A stretch of 64,000 bases of DNA, from NCBI RefSeq assembly GCF_964213995.1, contig NC_135813.1, positions 14,074,001 through 14,138,000 of the forward strand. The letters run 5' to 3'. The notes under the pieces were generated by a model that had not been told where the DNA came from, ran no database searches, and saw only the letters and a list, made by a program, of their open reading frames with translations. The first letter of the stretch is position 1. The number at the start of each line of letters is the position of its first letter. The position numbers and the translations under genes are program-made. Of this stretch, positions 50,401 through 62,431 are shown one piece after another. This DNA comes from Mustelus asterias. Its lineage: Eukaryota.

Positions 50401-50678
50401 AAAGTTCAAGTTTATTTATTAGTCACAAGTAAGGCTTACATTAACACTGCAATGACGTTTCTGTGAAATTCCCCTAGTCGCCACAGTCCGGCGCCTGTTC
50501 GGGTCAATGCACCTAATCAGCATGTCTTTCAGAATGTGGGAGGAAACCGGAGCACCCGGAGGAAACTCATGCAGACACAGGGAGAACGTGCAAATTCCAC
50601 ACAGACAGAGACCCAAGCGGGAATCAAACCCTGGCGCTATGAAGCAGCAGTGCTAACCACTGTGCTACCGTGCCGCCC
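50401..50678 (-). mobile_element. V-SINE with HE1-type head and core but a different 3' tail
   Basis: GGGCGGCACGGTAGCACAGTGGTTAGCACTG head and V-core; the tail ends GTAAGCCTTACTTGTGACTAATAAATAAACTT. Confidence 0.85.
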
Positions 50679-51121
50679 CACAGCATATCCAAGGGCCACA
50701 GTGCTTCCACCCGTCCCTTTCCAGGGCTTGCCTCAGGGTCACAAAAGCTAGTAGCCCCAAATTTCACCTCCTGCAGGCACAACACATACCAGCAACTTTC
50801 TGAAATTATGAAGCCCGAGGTCTAATTTCCAGTGAGTATCAATCCTTAATTTGGTCCAAAAATAAACCAAGATCAATTTTTACCCAATTGTCACAATATC
50901 TAAGGTAAACCATTCCCTATTCAAATGCATGAAATTGTTTTCTAATATCTTCCTTCATTTTTCAAATGGTGTATTTCAGGTTCTGCGCACTTTTAACCAA
51001 TGTGGCTGCTACTGGAAATAATATTTCACTGCTTATTTTGTCAAGACAGTCATATTTTTAAACATTCTATGATTCCCTTCAATATTCTACATTCTGGTAA
51101 AAAAAACCTCAATATTTTAAT

Positions 51122-51252
51122 AAATGCAAAAGACTGTAGATGCTGGAAGTCTGAAATAAAAACAAAATATTAGAAAAACCCAGCAGGTCTGACAGCATCT
51201 ATGGAGAGAGAGAGAGTTAACCTTTCGAGTCCATATGACTCTTCTTCAGACC
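51122..51252 (-). mobile_element. Family-2 hammerhead repeat
   Basis: CUGAAGA A GAGUC AUAUG GACUC GAAA GGUUA at 51215-51252, plus the repeat body. Confidence 0.75.
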
Positions 51253-52159
51253 TTATCATTCAAGCCTCTATACTATAATTCTCAAAACCATTTTGGTATC
51301 ATTCCAATGGCTCTAATAATGCTCTTTATATGGTGATGCCCAGAACTACTCCAGTGATAAACAAATGTCTTATACAAATTCAATATAATGTGTTGCTTTT
51401 ACAGCCAACATATGAACTCATTATTTGCCATTTCACAGCCCTTCCTATATGCATTCTTGCATTTAAAGAACCTTATAGCTACCTCCTGAAGTACCTTTGT
51501 TCCTCCAATCTGTTAATCATTGCCCCATGATAAGAAACACAGCCTTTCACTGTTCTTTTCCCAAAAAATGTATAACTTCACATTTTTCTGCATTGAATGG
51601 CATCTGCCTACTGATGAACTGCCAGACATGTCAGAATCCAGAATTGTTGAAATCATGACTTTACTGTGAGGAATAACATGTCTGCAATCTGCTAAGATCT
51701 AATGAAGGTGCAGACATTGCAGGTTGAGGTTAGGCAGTTATGGGGTAGATCAACAAAAGCATTAATTGGAGAGTCTAAAAAAAATGTTGACAATGTGCTG
51801 GTAAGGGAGGTTTGGCTTATTTTCTCTAAGACTAAAGGACCTTGTACTGTCATGGGAACGTGTATATATAGGGAGATAAGAAAGGATTCTGAGAATGCTC
51901 CTTCATAAATGAGGATCTCAAAAGCCTTGATATTCACCTAATCACAAAGTCGAAGGGCGATCACCTATGTGGGTAGAAAATCAATGTGAAGGCTGAGAGG
52001 GATGTGAGCTAGGCAAGAAATTCTTTGGTTATTTGGGTAAGATGACTTTAAAGGAAGATGAAATCAACAAGGATCTGGAGTTGTTCAGCTGAAAGATGAA
52101 ACTGATCGGATGAAATGCAAATTAAGTGAGAAAGGAACCTAGAACTTTGGCGGGCGGGG

Positions 52160-52390
52160 AACAGAATCGTTACGGCACAGAAGGAGGCCATTTGGCCATC
52201 GTGTCTACACCAGCTCTCCAAACAAGCATTGTGACTTAGTGCTATTCCCCTGCATTTTCCCTGCACCCCTGCACATTATATTCAAGCAATCATCTAAACC
52301 CCTCTTGAATGCCTCCATTGAACCTGCTTCCACCACACTTCCAGGCACTGCATTCCTGACGCGAACAACTGGTATGAAAGTGCTTTTCTC
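52160..52390 (-). mobile_element. CR1 3' tail (same subfamily as 50190-50298 on +)
   Basis: GCACTAAGTCACAATGCT..GATGGCCAAATGGCCTCCTTCTGTG tail. Confidence 0.7.
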
Positions 52391-52689
52391 ACTTCACATT
52401 TGTAAAAGCAGTGGAGGATTCTAAAGGGGAGTGATTGGTCATTACCAAATTGACCATTACCAAATGCATAACGTGGACCAGATGAATAGGGGATAAAGGC
52501 CAAAGTGGGATTTTGGGAATATTTCTATGTCACCACCACAGCAGACAGGGGACAGAAAAAGACACAGGAGAATGAAAACCCAGGGAGGCAGTCTCAGCAA
52601 GAGGGAAAAGATTGCCATAAAACCTCTACGGCTGATAACGTTAACACACGCCTTGGCCAAGAGAACAGAAGAGATGGAAGAAGGCTGCA

Positions 52690-52995
52690 AGTGTCATTGG
52701 CAAGGCCAGTATTTGTTGCCTATCCCTAATTGCCCTTTGAGGGCAGGTAAAAGTGAACCACATTGCAATGGGTATGCTATGGGTCTGTAGTCACATGTAG
52801 GCCAGACCAGGTAGGGATGGCAAATTCCTTCTCTGAAGGACATTAGTGAACTAGACAGGTTTTTACCACAATCAGTGATGGTCTCATGATCACTATTACT
52901 GAGATGAGCTTAAATTCCACCAGCTGCCATGGAGAGAACCCAAGTTCCAGAGCTTGTTAAACTAGTGACATTACTACTACCCCACTGTCTCCCCC
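52690..52995 (-). mobile_element. SINE with CR1-B tail, decayed, near full length
   Basis: Homologous to the 48588 and 38489 copies. Confidence 0.65.
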
Positions 52996-54266
52996 TGGCC
53001 AAGCTGTAAAAATGGGAGGCAATGATCTCAGGCAGGATGGATAAAGGCCTGGAACATCAGAGTGAATGAAATTTGGAGGAAGCAACTGCAAGCAGGGCCA
53101 AAGTGGAATTTGGTGGATTTGTCAGGGTGGGAGCGATGTAATAAGGAGAAGACAGCAGAAGATTCCAATCACCATAGAGGAGTGAAACAGGGATATGTGA
53201 AATTGTTTTTGGGTATCTTCCTTCATTTAAAGAAACTCTGATCCAGGGCAATAACCAATATGTGCTCACAAGATTCTTCTCCACAGAATGAATAATATCT
53301 AGTATAGTGGACACTGATCAACAGATCCTTTAGGGGTATCAAAATGCCATTAGGCCCAAAACGTCCAGCCCTTATTGAAGGGCAAAAGGTCCACATAGAC
53401 TCTCCAAAGGAAAATGGGCAGATAAAATTTGAGAGCGAATGGGTAGTGCAAAAAGAGAATAACAGTTTCAAATGAAAGGCAATAAAAAATTCCTACTGCT
53501 TTAAATATTTTAGTTTACTCCTTTGTGTGCCAGAAACAGTCTTCGCGACATTTAGTTTTCAGCTGGCAACAATCTACCTTCTAATTTATAAGACAATTAT
53601 TAAGCAATTTAAATTTCATCATCATACAGACATGTTATAGAATAATACAAACAGTTTTGCAGATAATAATGTACCGGAACCTGACAATATTTTTAAACAT
53701 TATATAATGTATTTTACCTCTGGTAAACAGTAAGGCTACACTGACAAAATGTCAAGTTAATAATTAGTGCAAACTTCAAATAAAGAAAAATAAAATTATT
53801 TGATTCCACTCTCAAACCTGAAAGTTACTGTGAACAGCTAAGATGTGAAGAAATTACAAAATCTCTAAAATAACGTAACAGCACTGAATTAGTAAAACCA
53901 GCACTCCTTTCAGTTGGAGAAAAAGATCAAATGATGTTGAAGAAAATATTCCATTGAGGAAGCTTGCATCCAATAATTAAAATTACTATTTAAATAAACC
54001 TGCAATTCTGACTCAGTGAAAAAGCCTATAGGTCAACAAATTTCATAAGAACATACATCAAATAACCACTTCCATTCCAAGAAATCGTTTTAGATTGAGA
54101 AATTAATTTTGACACAGCATTGGCTATAAAGAAATATCAGTAAATACAGACATATTAATAGATAACATTGCTCAGCTGGGAGATATTTTTTTCAAAAAAA
54201 CTTTATTCATCATTAATTACAGGATATTTCTCTTCAGTTAATAGTTTAAATCTAGAATGCACTTAC

Positions 54267-54316
54267 AATAGTACGTTTCCCTGAAGCAGGTGGTCCCAGC
54301 AGAAGTACTCGGGGAA
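54267..54316 (-). CDS. AK8: Adenylate kinase 8 coding exon (equivalent to human exon 3), P-loop of first AK domain
   Basis: 50-nt exon between tttcatAG and GTaagt. Translates (V)PRVLLLGPPASGKRTI, matching recalled human AK8 VPRIVILGPPASGKTTI. Confidence 0.95.
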
Positions 54317-54721
54317 CTATGAAACATTTGGAAGAAAATATTATGATCATTAAGGTCAATTTATACTTAAAATATGAACAAAGTTAGCAAATACACGATA
54401 AATTGTACAATTCCTTTACAAATCTTGCTTTTTGTAAAATCATGCCAAGCTAGAATAAATCCTGCAGCTTTTATAATGTAAATAAACTTATATGTTCCTT
54501 TTGTTTTTCTATATTTGCTCTCAAGTTATAAAATAATAGAATTTATTTTCTGCATTACAACTAGACTACTCTATGTCTGTGTTCACGGTACAGCTGCAGC
54601 ATTGTTGCAAAGAGGTTTTAATTTGGTCAATGTTGTGTTGTAACTCCTGGAAGAGACAGTCTAACTCCATTTCACTTCAGTCAGGTTGCAGCCAACACTG
54701 GATTAACGGTATAAATTCTTA

Positions 54722-55624
54722 GGGGATGATCTTACTGACTCGTCCTGCCAGTTGATCGGTGTGGCGAGCCAGTAAGATCGCAAGAGAGGCGAAAAACCAG
54801 GTTCATGTCCGGTTTCTCGTCTCTCGCAATCTTACTGGCCCTGGATTGCCGACGTTATCTGCCTCTCGCCAGGGAAGGCGCAAGGCTGATTTAAATATTA
54901 ATTTCAATATAATCAGTGAGTCCCGGACACAACAGTCCGGGCTTACTTGCCTTGGCAGCTTTGCTGATGGAAGTCCTCACCGGCAAGGATCACATATAGT
55001 CCTCAGTAACAAAAACCTGACTGGTGGGACCAGAGGCCACTGAGGCCCCATGAGTGGTCAGGGGCAGGAGGGGACAGTGCCCCTTGGTCGGGTTTGGGTT
55101 GGTGGTATTTGGGACGATCGGCCGTGGAGACCAACAATAGGTTGGGAGCGGGGGGGGGGGGGGGGGGGGGGGGGTATCCAGGGGTTGGAGGAGTGACAGA
55201 TATTCAGTGTTCTATGTACACTTTACACAAGAACGCTGAGAGATCTGTACGTGCAGATTAGATATAGGTCTTGGGGCTAAAGGGATCAAGGAATATGGGG
55301 TGACGTCAGGATCAGGATATTGGTTTTGACGATCAGCCATGATCAAAATGAATGACGGAGCAGGCTCAAAGGGCTGAATGGCCTACTCCTGCTTTTATTT
55401 TCTATTTTTCTATGCACAATAGCACCCCCTAGCTGTCAGCAGCTGGCTTTCCAGAGAGAATAGACTCCATCCACTCCCCTTACTGGCATGAATCACACTT
55501 TGCCTCTATTTTTGCACTAAGTGGCATAAGATCGTGCCTAAAAGCTTGCTAAAAAATGGCCGCAATTCTCTCCCATTTTCACACTCGTTTGATACTTAGA
55601 GTTTTTTTTGGTAAGATCGCCCTC
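54722..55624. mobile_element. Non-autonomous Harbinger-type element (903 bp)
   Basis: TIRs GGGGATGATCTTAC and GTAAGATCGCCCTC, TSD TTA. Contains a G24 run at 55151-55174 and a nested CR1 tail at about 55255-55412. Confidence 0.85.
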
Positions 55625-57339
55625 TTAGTGTAAGTGTAATGTGAGGCCAGATCGTCCCCTTAGTGTAAGTGTAAAGTGAGGCCAATTCTACAGCGTGAGT
55701 GCAGTTTGATATGGATTCTTAGCAGCTCCTAGATACAGCTTCACTTCAGAATTAGATTTAATGTGGAGATTGGGGGTTGAAGCTTCCTCTAGGCTCAGAA
55801 AAACCTGACCCGCACACTCTCGTGGCTCTCAAACTGACACATGTGTGACTTCACACACCATTTTTGTCTTTTCACAGTAGGATCGAGTTCACAACACAAT
55901 TTGCAAGCCTCAATAGAGTGCATGAGGAGTATGGGTGCAAAGGCAGACTGGTCAGAAAACATGTCTCAGTTCTCCACCACAATACCCCAATTGTCATCTG
56001 TATTTAATGGCATCCTAAACTCAGCCCACCTTCCTCAACCCCACCCAGTCCCCTGCCATGTCAGATCACGGAGGCCACCTCTATGCCCCCATATATCCTC
56101 TATAGCCACTCACCCTATGCACTATATGCAGTCCTCAGATTCCATGGAATATCAATAGAAAATATTTTAAAATCCTTAGGGAGTGGGTGGGAAACACACC
56201 TTTCACCACCTACTAAAGTCTTCATATCACTGAAACTTAGAAAAATTGCATTCTGCCATGTGAAAACAACACCTATTGCGCTGATACACATTAGCACTTG
56301 AAACTCAGCCATGCATTGACAAAGGCCACTGCTGTCCAAAGAATCAACTGCTCTCTGGGATGGAAAATACAGGAGGTGCTGATTTCAATTTCAAAGCAAA
56401 GTACATGTCAACCAATGTAATGGTTAGTTTTTTTCTTCAAGTGGAGAATGTCAAAACCAGAATGTAAGGGACAGGTGGTTAGATTTTTTCAAATGTCAAA
56501 CCCAATTTTTTTTAGATCAGCCAGAGCCTTTTAGATCACAGAATGATAGCACAGGCTGATGGGATATTTGTAAAATTTTTCACTATATTATGGTGCTTTC
56601 GAAATTGGAAAAGCATTTGAACAAATACTCAAGGCAAATCAGTATAAGAGTCAACCGCCTTTAAAGGATAAATCCTCATAATGAATCACTGCATTAAAAA
56701 CACATCTGCATCCTGATAAACACCTAATAGTGACATTTGAAAAAGATGTGAAAACACTTTATACTTACCTTTCATAATATGCCAGACCCCCCAAAAGGCT
56801 TTCCATCTACTTCACAAGCTCTCAAATCTGGCATGCTTTTAATGGGCTTCCAAAAGCTTTTCCACCACTCGACAGAAATGGTGTGTGGGAGGAAATACAA
56901 TTTCAGTGGAGGAGGATGCGTATTTTGTACAACATCCTCAACCCATAAAAAGACCAGAGGGAAATGACATGGACTCAGGAATGCAGCAGAAAATTGGATT
57001 TCTTCCAAAAAATCCCTAAGTATGGCCATTCACACACTGAAACATGCCTCCACATCTAGACAAAAGTTTAGCCATAGGTATTAAATGGTCACTTCAATAA
57101 GGCTTGCTCTTAAGTCAGGAACCAACAAGCACAAGAAACAAAAAAAGTATTTTGCTTGAGTAACAAGCCTAAAATTAAATCGAACAGCTCCACTCTCTGG
57201 GAGCTATTTTTGAAATTTAGTTAATTACCAGCAGAGCCAACAATACAAGTTTCTTTTTGATAATCACTGCTTCTGGTTGTTCTCACTTTCTGCTGGTATT
57301 CAGTTATGACTATCTTTGTGGCAGTTCTACTAAACTCAG

Positions 57340-58302
57340 TGATGCGCGATCGCACAGTTCCTCGGAGCCGCTGGGTAGAGTTGAGTCGGTGGCTGTACTT
57401 GCCACTATGTTCCCACGTGGTCGGTGGGGTAAGTTTCAAGACTTCTGGAGGCCGTTTCCATCGCATCAGCCAATTCTACCGTCTTAGCTAGGTCCAAGTT
57501 ACCTTGCTCTAGCAGCTGCAGGCGAATATAGGATGAGCCGATTCCCGCCACAAATGCATCTCGGATCAGATCGTTTGTGTATTGAGTAGCCGACACAGGC
57601 TTGCAATTGCAGGCTCTGGCTCGCTGCTGAAGTTCGCGCAGGTACTGTCCCGTCGTTTCGCCGGCCTGCCACCGTCGAGTGGCTAGTAGGTGACGAGCAT
57701 GAATCTCGTTTGGTGGTTTATGGTACAGCTTCTTGAGTAATTCGATGGCCTCTTTGTAGTCTTGGGAATCACGGATTGTTGCATACACAGTGTCGCTTAC
57801 CCTTGCGTGGAGGACCCGCAATCTGTTGGCGTCGTTTTGGACTGCTGTTGAGGCGTCGATATAATCCTGGAAACACTTCAACCAATGGTCGAAAGTGTTC
57901 GACGCTCCAGCGGCATGCGGATCTAAGGTTAGCCGATCGGGTTTCAGCATCTGCTCCATTTTTTTTTCCAGAACAAAATTTGTTGCGAATAAAATTGATG
58001 CGCGATTAATTCACTCGGGAGGCTAGATCGTACCCGGGAATAAAGTCTTTTATTCGCAACAAGAATAGAGCATACTGCTTAACAATACAATCCCAGACTA
58101 AAGGGTCACTAGGAAGTGCAGTGACCTTTATACTCCTATAGGGAGGCGGAGCCAACCGGAGTGCACCACAGAACAATGCTAACAGGTGGAACACCCCAAC
58201 CCTAACCCCAACAGTAACAAGAGTAACATATGTACAAGTACCCATAGTGATAACCATCTATGGTTCAGTACCCATAGTGGTAACCATCTATGGTTCACCA
58301 CA
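57340..58302 (-). mobile_element. Gypsy deletion derivative: 5' LTR, gag N-terminus and last 11 nt of the 3' LTR
   Basis: LTR 57996-58302 (TG..CA, TATAAA at 58127-58132, AATAAA at 58049-58054). TSD CTCAG at 57335-57339 and 58303-58307. Confidence 0.92.
57405..57959 (-). CDS. Gypsy Gag N-terminal/capsid-like region (truncated)
   Basis: 184-aa ORF starting about 36 nt after the LTR: MEQMLKPDRL, RHLLATRRWQAGET, LIRDAFVAG and IRLQLLE. Confidence 0.85.
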   Translation of the reverse strand: MEQMLKPDRLTLDPHAAGASNTFDHWLKCFQDYIDASTAVQNDANRLRVLHARVSDTVYATIRDSQDYKEAIELLKKLYHKPPNEIHARHLLATRRWQAGETTGQYLRELQQRARACNCKPVSATQYTNDLIRDAFVAGIGSSYIRLQLLEQGNLDLAKTVELADAMETASRSLETYPTDHVGT

Positions 58303-59149
58303 CTCAGTTTACTTGATGCCCTAAGGTCTATCAGAAGCATCCATCACACTCTTTCACAATGTAGTCAGAAGCTTGTTCCTAGCTCACTAATAGATGTTAA
58401 CATATTTTATTAAGCTTTTCCCTAAAGCATTGCATTAATCACCACCTGTCCTACTGTTTTCCAGATTTTAAATCTCATTTCTTCAGGTCGATTCTTTGAG
58501 ATCACCAGGCTTTCCAGATTCTCAAATCCTTTTTTTACCACACCAACATGTTTTTAAAAAATAGATAACAAAAACAAGAATTCCATGACAATCATGAACA
58601 AAACAAGAATTAGTCCTTGTACCAATTCATTTTAAAAACTAAAATAAGACTGAATCAAAAAAGTATTTGGGAGTGGAAGCATAGAACTTGTATTAGTACA
58701 GTAAAAACAGATTGAAAACTAGTTGATGATTTGTGCTGTGAGATTTTTAATTTGGGCTGATTAAAATTAAATTCCACACATTGGAAAAATGATTGAATGC
58801 TGCAACAAGTCTAAATGTCAGCTGCACCTAGCCCATTAATTTGCTAAATTCACCGATTTTAGATTTATTTGAATAGGGCTTCTGCCCAAATCTCATTGGC
58901 CTGGATTTTATGCCCCGTTTGCTATGGCTGTAAATGCTGACGTGCAAAATATTGTGTCAGCCGAGAAACAGGATTTGCACCGGTGAGATTTCCCAAGGCA
59001 ATAATCCCTGCAGCCCCTCCCCCTGCCTGGAACTGCATTAGCACACATTTGAATATCATTAGCGGACAACCCCGCTATGAGCTCTCCCCACTTTGAAAAG
59101 TCCACCTCTGGTGTTGTGACGTCACACCAGCACAGTTTACAACAGATTT

Positions 59150-61166
59150 TTTAATAGGAAGCAAAGAGTTGGCATAAATGAGTCTTTTTCTGATTGGCAG
59201 TCAGTAACTAGTAGGATTCCGCAGGGATCTGTGCTCGGACCCCATTTGTTCACATTATATATTAATGATTTGGAAGAGGAAACTGAATGTATTATCTCCA
59301 AATTTGCAGATGATACAAAGTTGGGTGGGAGGGTGATCTGTGAGGAGGATGCAGAGATGCTTCAGTGTGATTTGGACAGGCTGAGTGTATGGGCATATGC
59401 ACGGCAGATGCAGTATGTTATGGATAAATGTGAGGCTATCCACTTTGGTAGCAATAATAGAAAGACAAATTATTTAAATGGATGTAACTTGAGATAGGTG
59501 GATACTCAGCGAGACCTTGGAGTCCTTGTGCATCAGTCACTTAAAGCAAGCACGCAGGTACAGCAGGCAATAAAGAAGGGATGCTTTGCTGCAATTGTAT
59601 AGAGCATTGGTAAGGCCACACCTGAAGTATTGTGTACAGTTTTGGTGTCCTTATCTGTGGAAGGATGTCCTTGGTATAGAGGGAGCACAGCGAAGGTTTA
59701 CCAGGCTGAATCCTGGGATAGTAGGTCTGTCATATGAGGACAGACTATGTCGGTTAGGATTATATTCACTGCAGTTTAGAAGAGTAAGAGGGGATCTCAT
59801 AGAGACTTATAAAATTCTAACAGGATTAGATGGGGGTAGATTCAGAAATAATGGGGACGATTCTCCCATCGCGACCCGCAACTTTTCTGGCGGGTGGGGC
59901 TGAGTGATGCGCGTTGTCGGCCTTTTTCCAGGATTTGCGCAAGCGCTGGGAACGCATGCACATCTCCCAGAGCCAGAGAACAGTCGGAGTCCAAACTATG
60001 CTGGAAACCGGTGGGAAGATAGATAAGTGATTTAAATTTTTTAAAAATATGTTTTGCATGCAATTATTGGGAACTTGTCACAACTGATCGAATCACCAGG
60101 AATACTTCATTCCGGCGGGGTTTAGAGTAGCTCCCCATATTTGGGGAATGAGCGGGAAACTCCGCCGGAGTGAAGGGCGAGCAATCGGGGCCCCCCAGGG
60201 GGTTGGGCGGCAGGAGGGTGGTGCCCCCTGGGCATGGGCACCCGGGCAGTGCCCAAGGGTGCCCACCGGGCATCGGGCAGTGCCAAGGGAGCAGGGCTTA
60301 TTCTGGGCAGGACCTAGGGGCAATCGGTGGGGGTGGGGGGCCCGCTGCCACTCTGCATGGCGATCAGTCTGGAGCAGGCTTGGGGAGGTGATGGTGGTCT
60401 GCAGGGGGCAGGGGGCCTGTCTCCCGGGGAGGGGAACTGACCCCGGGGTGGGTGTCAGCGGGGAGGGGGGGGGTCTGTTGGGGTGAGGGGGATGGGGGGA
60501 TCGTCACTGCTGGGGGGTGTGGGCTGGACATCAGGGTGTTCTGGGGTGGGGGGGGTGCAGTCAGGGCTGGCCCGGGAATTGTCGTGGGGGCTGTGATCGG
60601 GCCGTGTGGGGGGCTGGAGGGGCAGCACTGTGGCGGTCCTGGGCTGGCCAGCAAATGGGGAGACTGACAGATCGGGACCTTGCGCATGCGCAGAGTCCCG
60701 GAGCTGTCAGACTCTGGCGTGCCCCCCCAGGTTTTTAATGAGATTCCCGATTGTGACCTCTGCATTGCACAGAGTGCGGAGATTCAGGTCTGAATATGCA
60801 CTGAAAAAACAGTCGTGATCCAGAACAGTTTTCCTAACAATTCAGCACTTTTGGGAGAATCGTTCCCAATGGTGGGGGAGTCCAGAACTAGGGGTCATAG
60901 TTTGAGGATTAGGGGTAAACCTTTTAGAACTGAGGTGAGGAGAAATTTCTTCACCCAAAGGGTGGTGAACGTGTGGAATTCACTACCACAGAATGTAGTT
61001 GAGGTCAAAATGTTGTCTGATTTCAGGAAGAAATTAGATATAGCTCTTGGGGCTAAAGGGATCAAGGGATATGGGGGGAAGGGGGGACCAGGATTTTGAA
61101 TTTGATGATCAGTCATGATCAAAATGAATGGCAGAGCGGCCTCAAAGGGCTAAATAGCCTACTTTT
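59150..61166 (+). mobile_element. CR1 LINE 3' part, interrupted by a MITE
   Basis: GIPQGSVLGP, KFADDTKLGG, LVRPHLKYCVQFW and RRNFFTQRVV, then the tail. Confidence 0.9.
59853..60867. mobile_element. Non-autonomous Harbinger-type element with GC/G-tract-rich core (1015 bp)
   Basis: TIR GGGGACGATTCTCCC/GGGAGAATCGTTCCC (14/15), with AAT on both flanks. Confidence 0.88.
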
Positions 61167-61171
61167 TACAA

Positions 61172-61305
61172 AGCTTTGACAGAGGGTCATCTGGACTCGA
61201 AACGTCAGCTCTTTTCTCTCCTTACAGATGCTGCTAGGCCTGCTGAGATTCCAGCATTTTCTCTTTTGGTTTCAGATTCCAGCATCTGCAGTAATTTGCT
61301 TTTAT
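61172..61305 (+). mobile_element. Family-2 hammerhead repeat
   Basis: AGCU UUGACAG A GGGUC AUCUG GACUC GAAA CGUC AGCU at 61172-61210, plus a body homologous to 8295-8437. Confidence 0.8.
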
Positions 61306-62431
61306 CCTGTGATTCCCATGGTTTGCCTTTAGTATTTGATGTGAGGGTGAGCACATGGGGAAAAGGCTACAAAGCTCAGCAGGGTGCACCTGCTCAAACA
61401 GGTGCAGTTGCAGTTGTGTTCTTACAGCCCTTTGTTGGGGTGGCACAATTTCATCAATTTCGACCGGGACCAGGCTAGCCATGACACACAAGCCATAGGA
61501 TTCGCCCAGATAGCTGGCTTCCCAAAAGTGCAGGGAGTCATTGGCTGCACCCACATGGCTCATCGATACCCATGGCATCAGGGAGTCCCCTACATCAACC
61601 GCGAGAGCTTCCACTCCCTTAACGTCCAACTCATCTGCGACCATGCAAAGCCTCCTCAGGTGCAGGTGTGTGCTAGGTTCCCAGGGAGTGTATACGACAG
61701 CTTCATCCTGGGCCGCTCACAGATCCCCGAGGTACTTGAAGGAACACAGTGGCTGCAGAGGTGGCCCCTCGGGACAAGGTGCATCCTAAGGATGTAGCTG
61801 ATTGCGCCTGTGCAGAGGCCACAGAGTGCAGCAGAGAACCAGTATAATTAGGCTCAAGCTGCTACTTGCACTTTGATGTAGCATATGATCGGGATGTTGA
61901 ATTTGCAGTTCTGGTGCCTGGACCGGTCAGGTGAAACCCTCCAATATAGTTCCCAGAGGGTGACTCGCATCATGGTTTTCTGCTGCGTCCTCCAAAACTT
62001 GGTGCTTCAACAGAAAGAGGAGCTGTGTGAGGAGGAGATGGTTGAGAGGCACATCTCGTGTGATGAAGAGAACATCAAGGTGAACAATGAGGAGGAAGCC
62101 CTGGAGATGCAGAGAAAAGCTATCAAGCGGTGGTCAGATGGCCAGAAGGATTAGGAGAGTTTGGGATGTCCTAATAGCCTTCCACTTCATGGATGATCAG
62201 GATTAGGCTCACCACTGAAGTCCCATCATGGACAGTGCACACCCTGCATGATATGGCTCCTGTCATGGGAAGGGAGTGCCATCAATGTTGGAGGATGATG
62301 GTGACTTGTAGATGTGTGATGAGTGTGTGAGTGGTAAGAGATTAGATGAGTGACTTGCCATGGTTGAAAGGAGATCATTCATCCTCTTCTGGCACTGGAT
62401 GCCCGTCCTCCTCTGAAGTGAGCTGATGGGT

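Noticed and set aside
56761-57029. Strong minus-strand donor (AAG/GTAAGTAT) as possible AK8 exon 2
   Set aside because: The required phase-1 frame hits a stop within about 45 nt and does not resemble AK8. I found neither exon 2 nor exon 7 in the window.
58238-58297. 30-bp direct repeat (and the 26-bp repeat at 20301) as CRISPR-like
   Set aside because: Adjacent tandem copies without spacers, inside an LTR or MITE in eukaryotic DNA.
60064-60818. Many overlapping Gly/Pro-rich ORFs
   Set aside because: An artefact of the GC-rich MITE core, which has few stop codons.
61384-62154. Host HARBI1 gene
   Set aside because: Multiple stops and frameshifts, three related copies in the window and linkage to Myb remnants indicate transposon relics.
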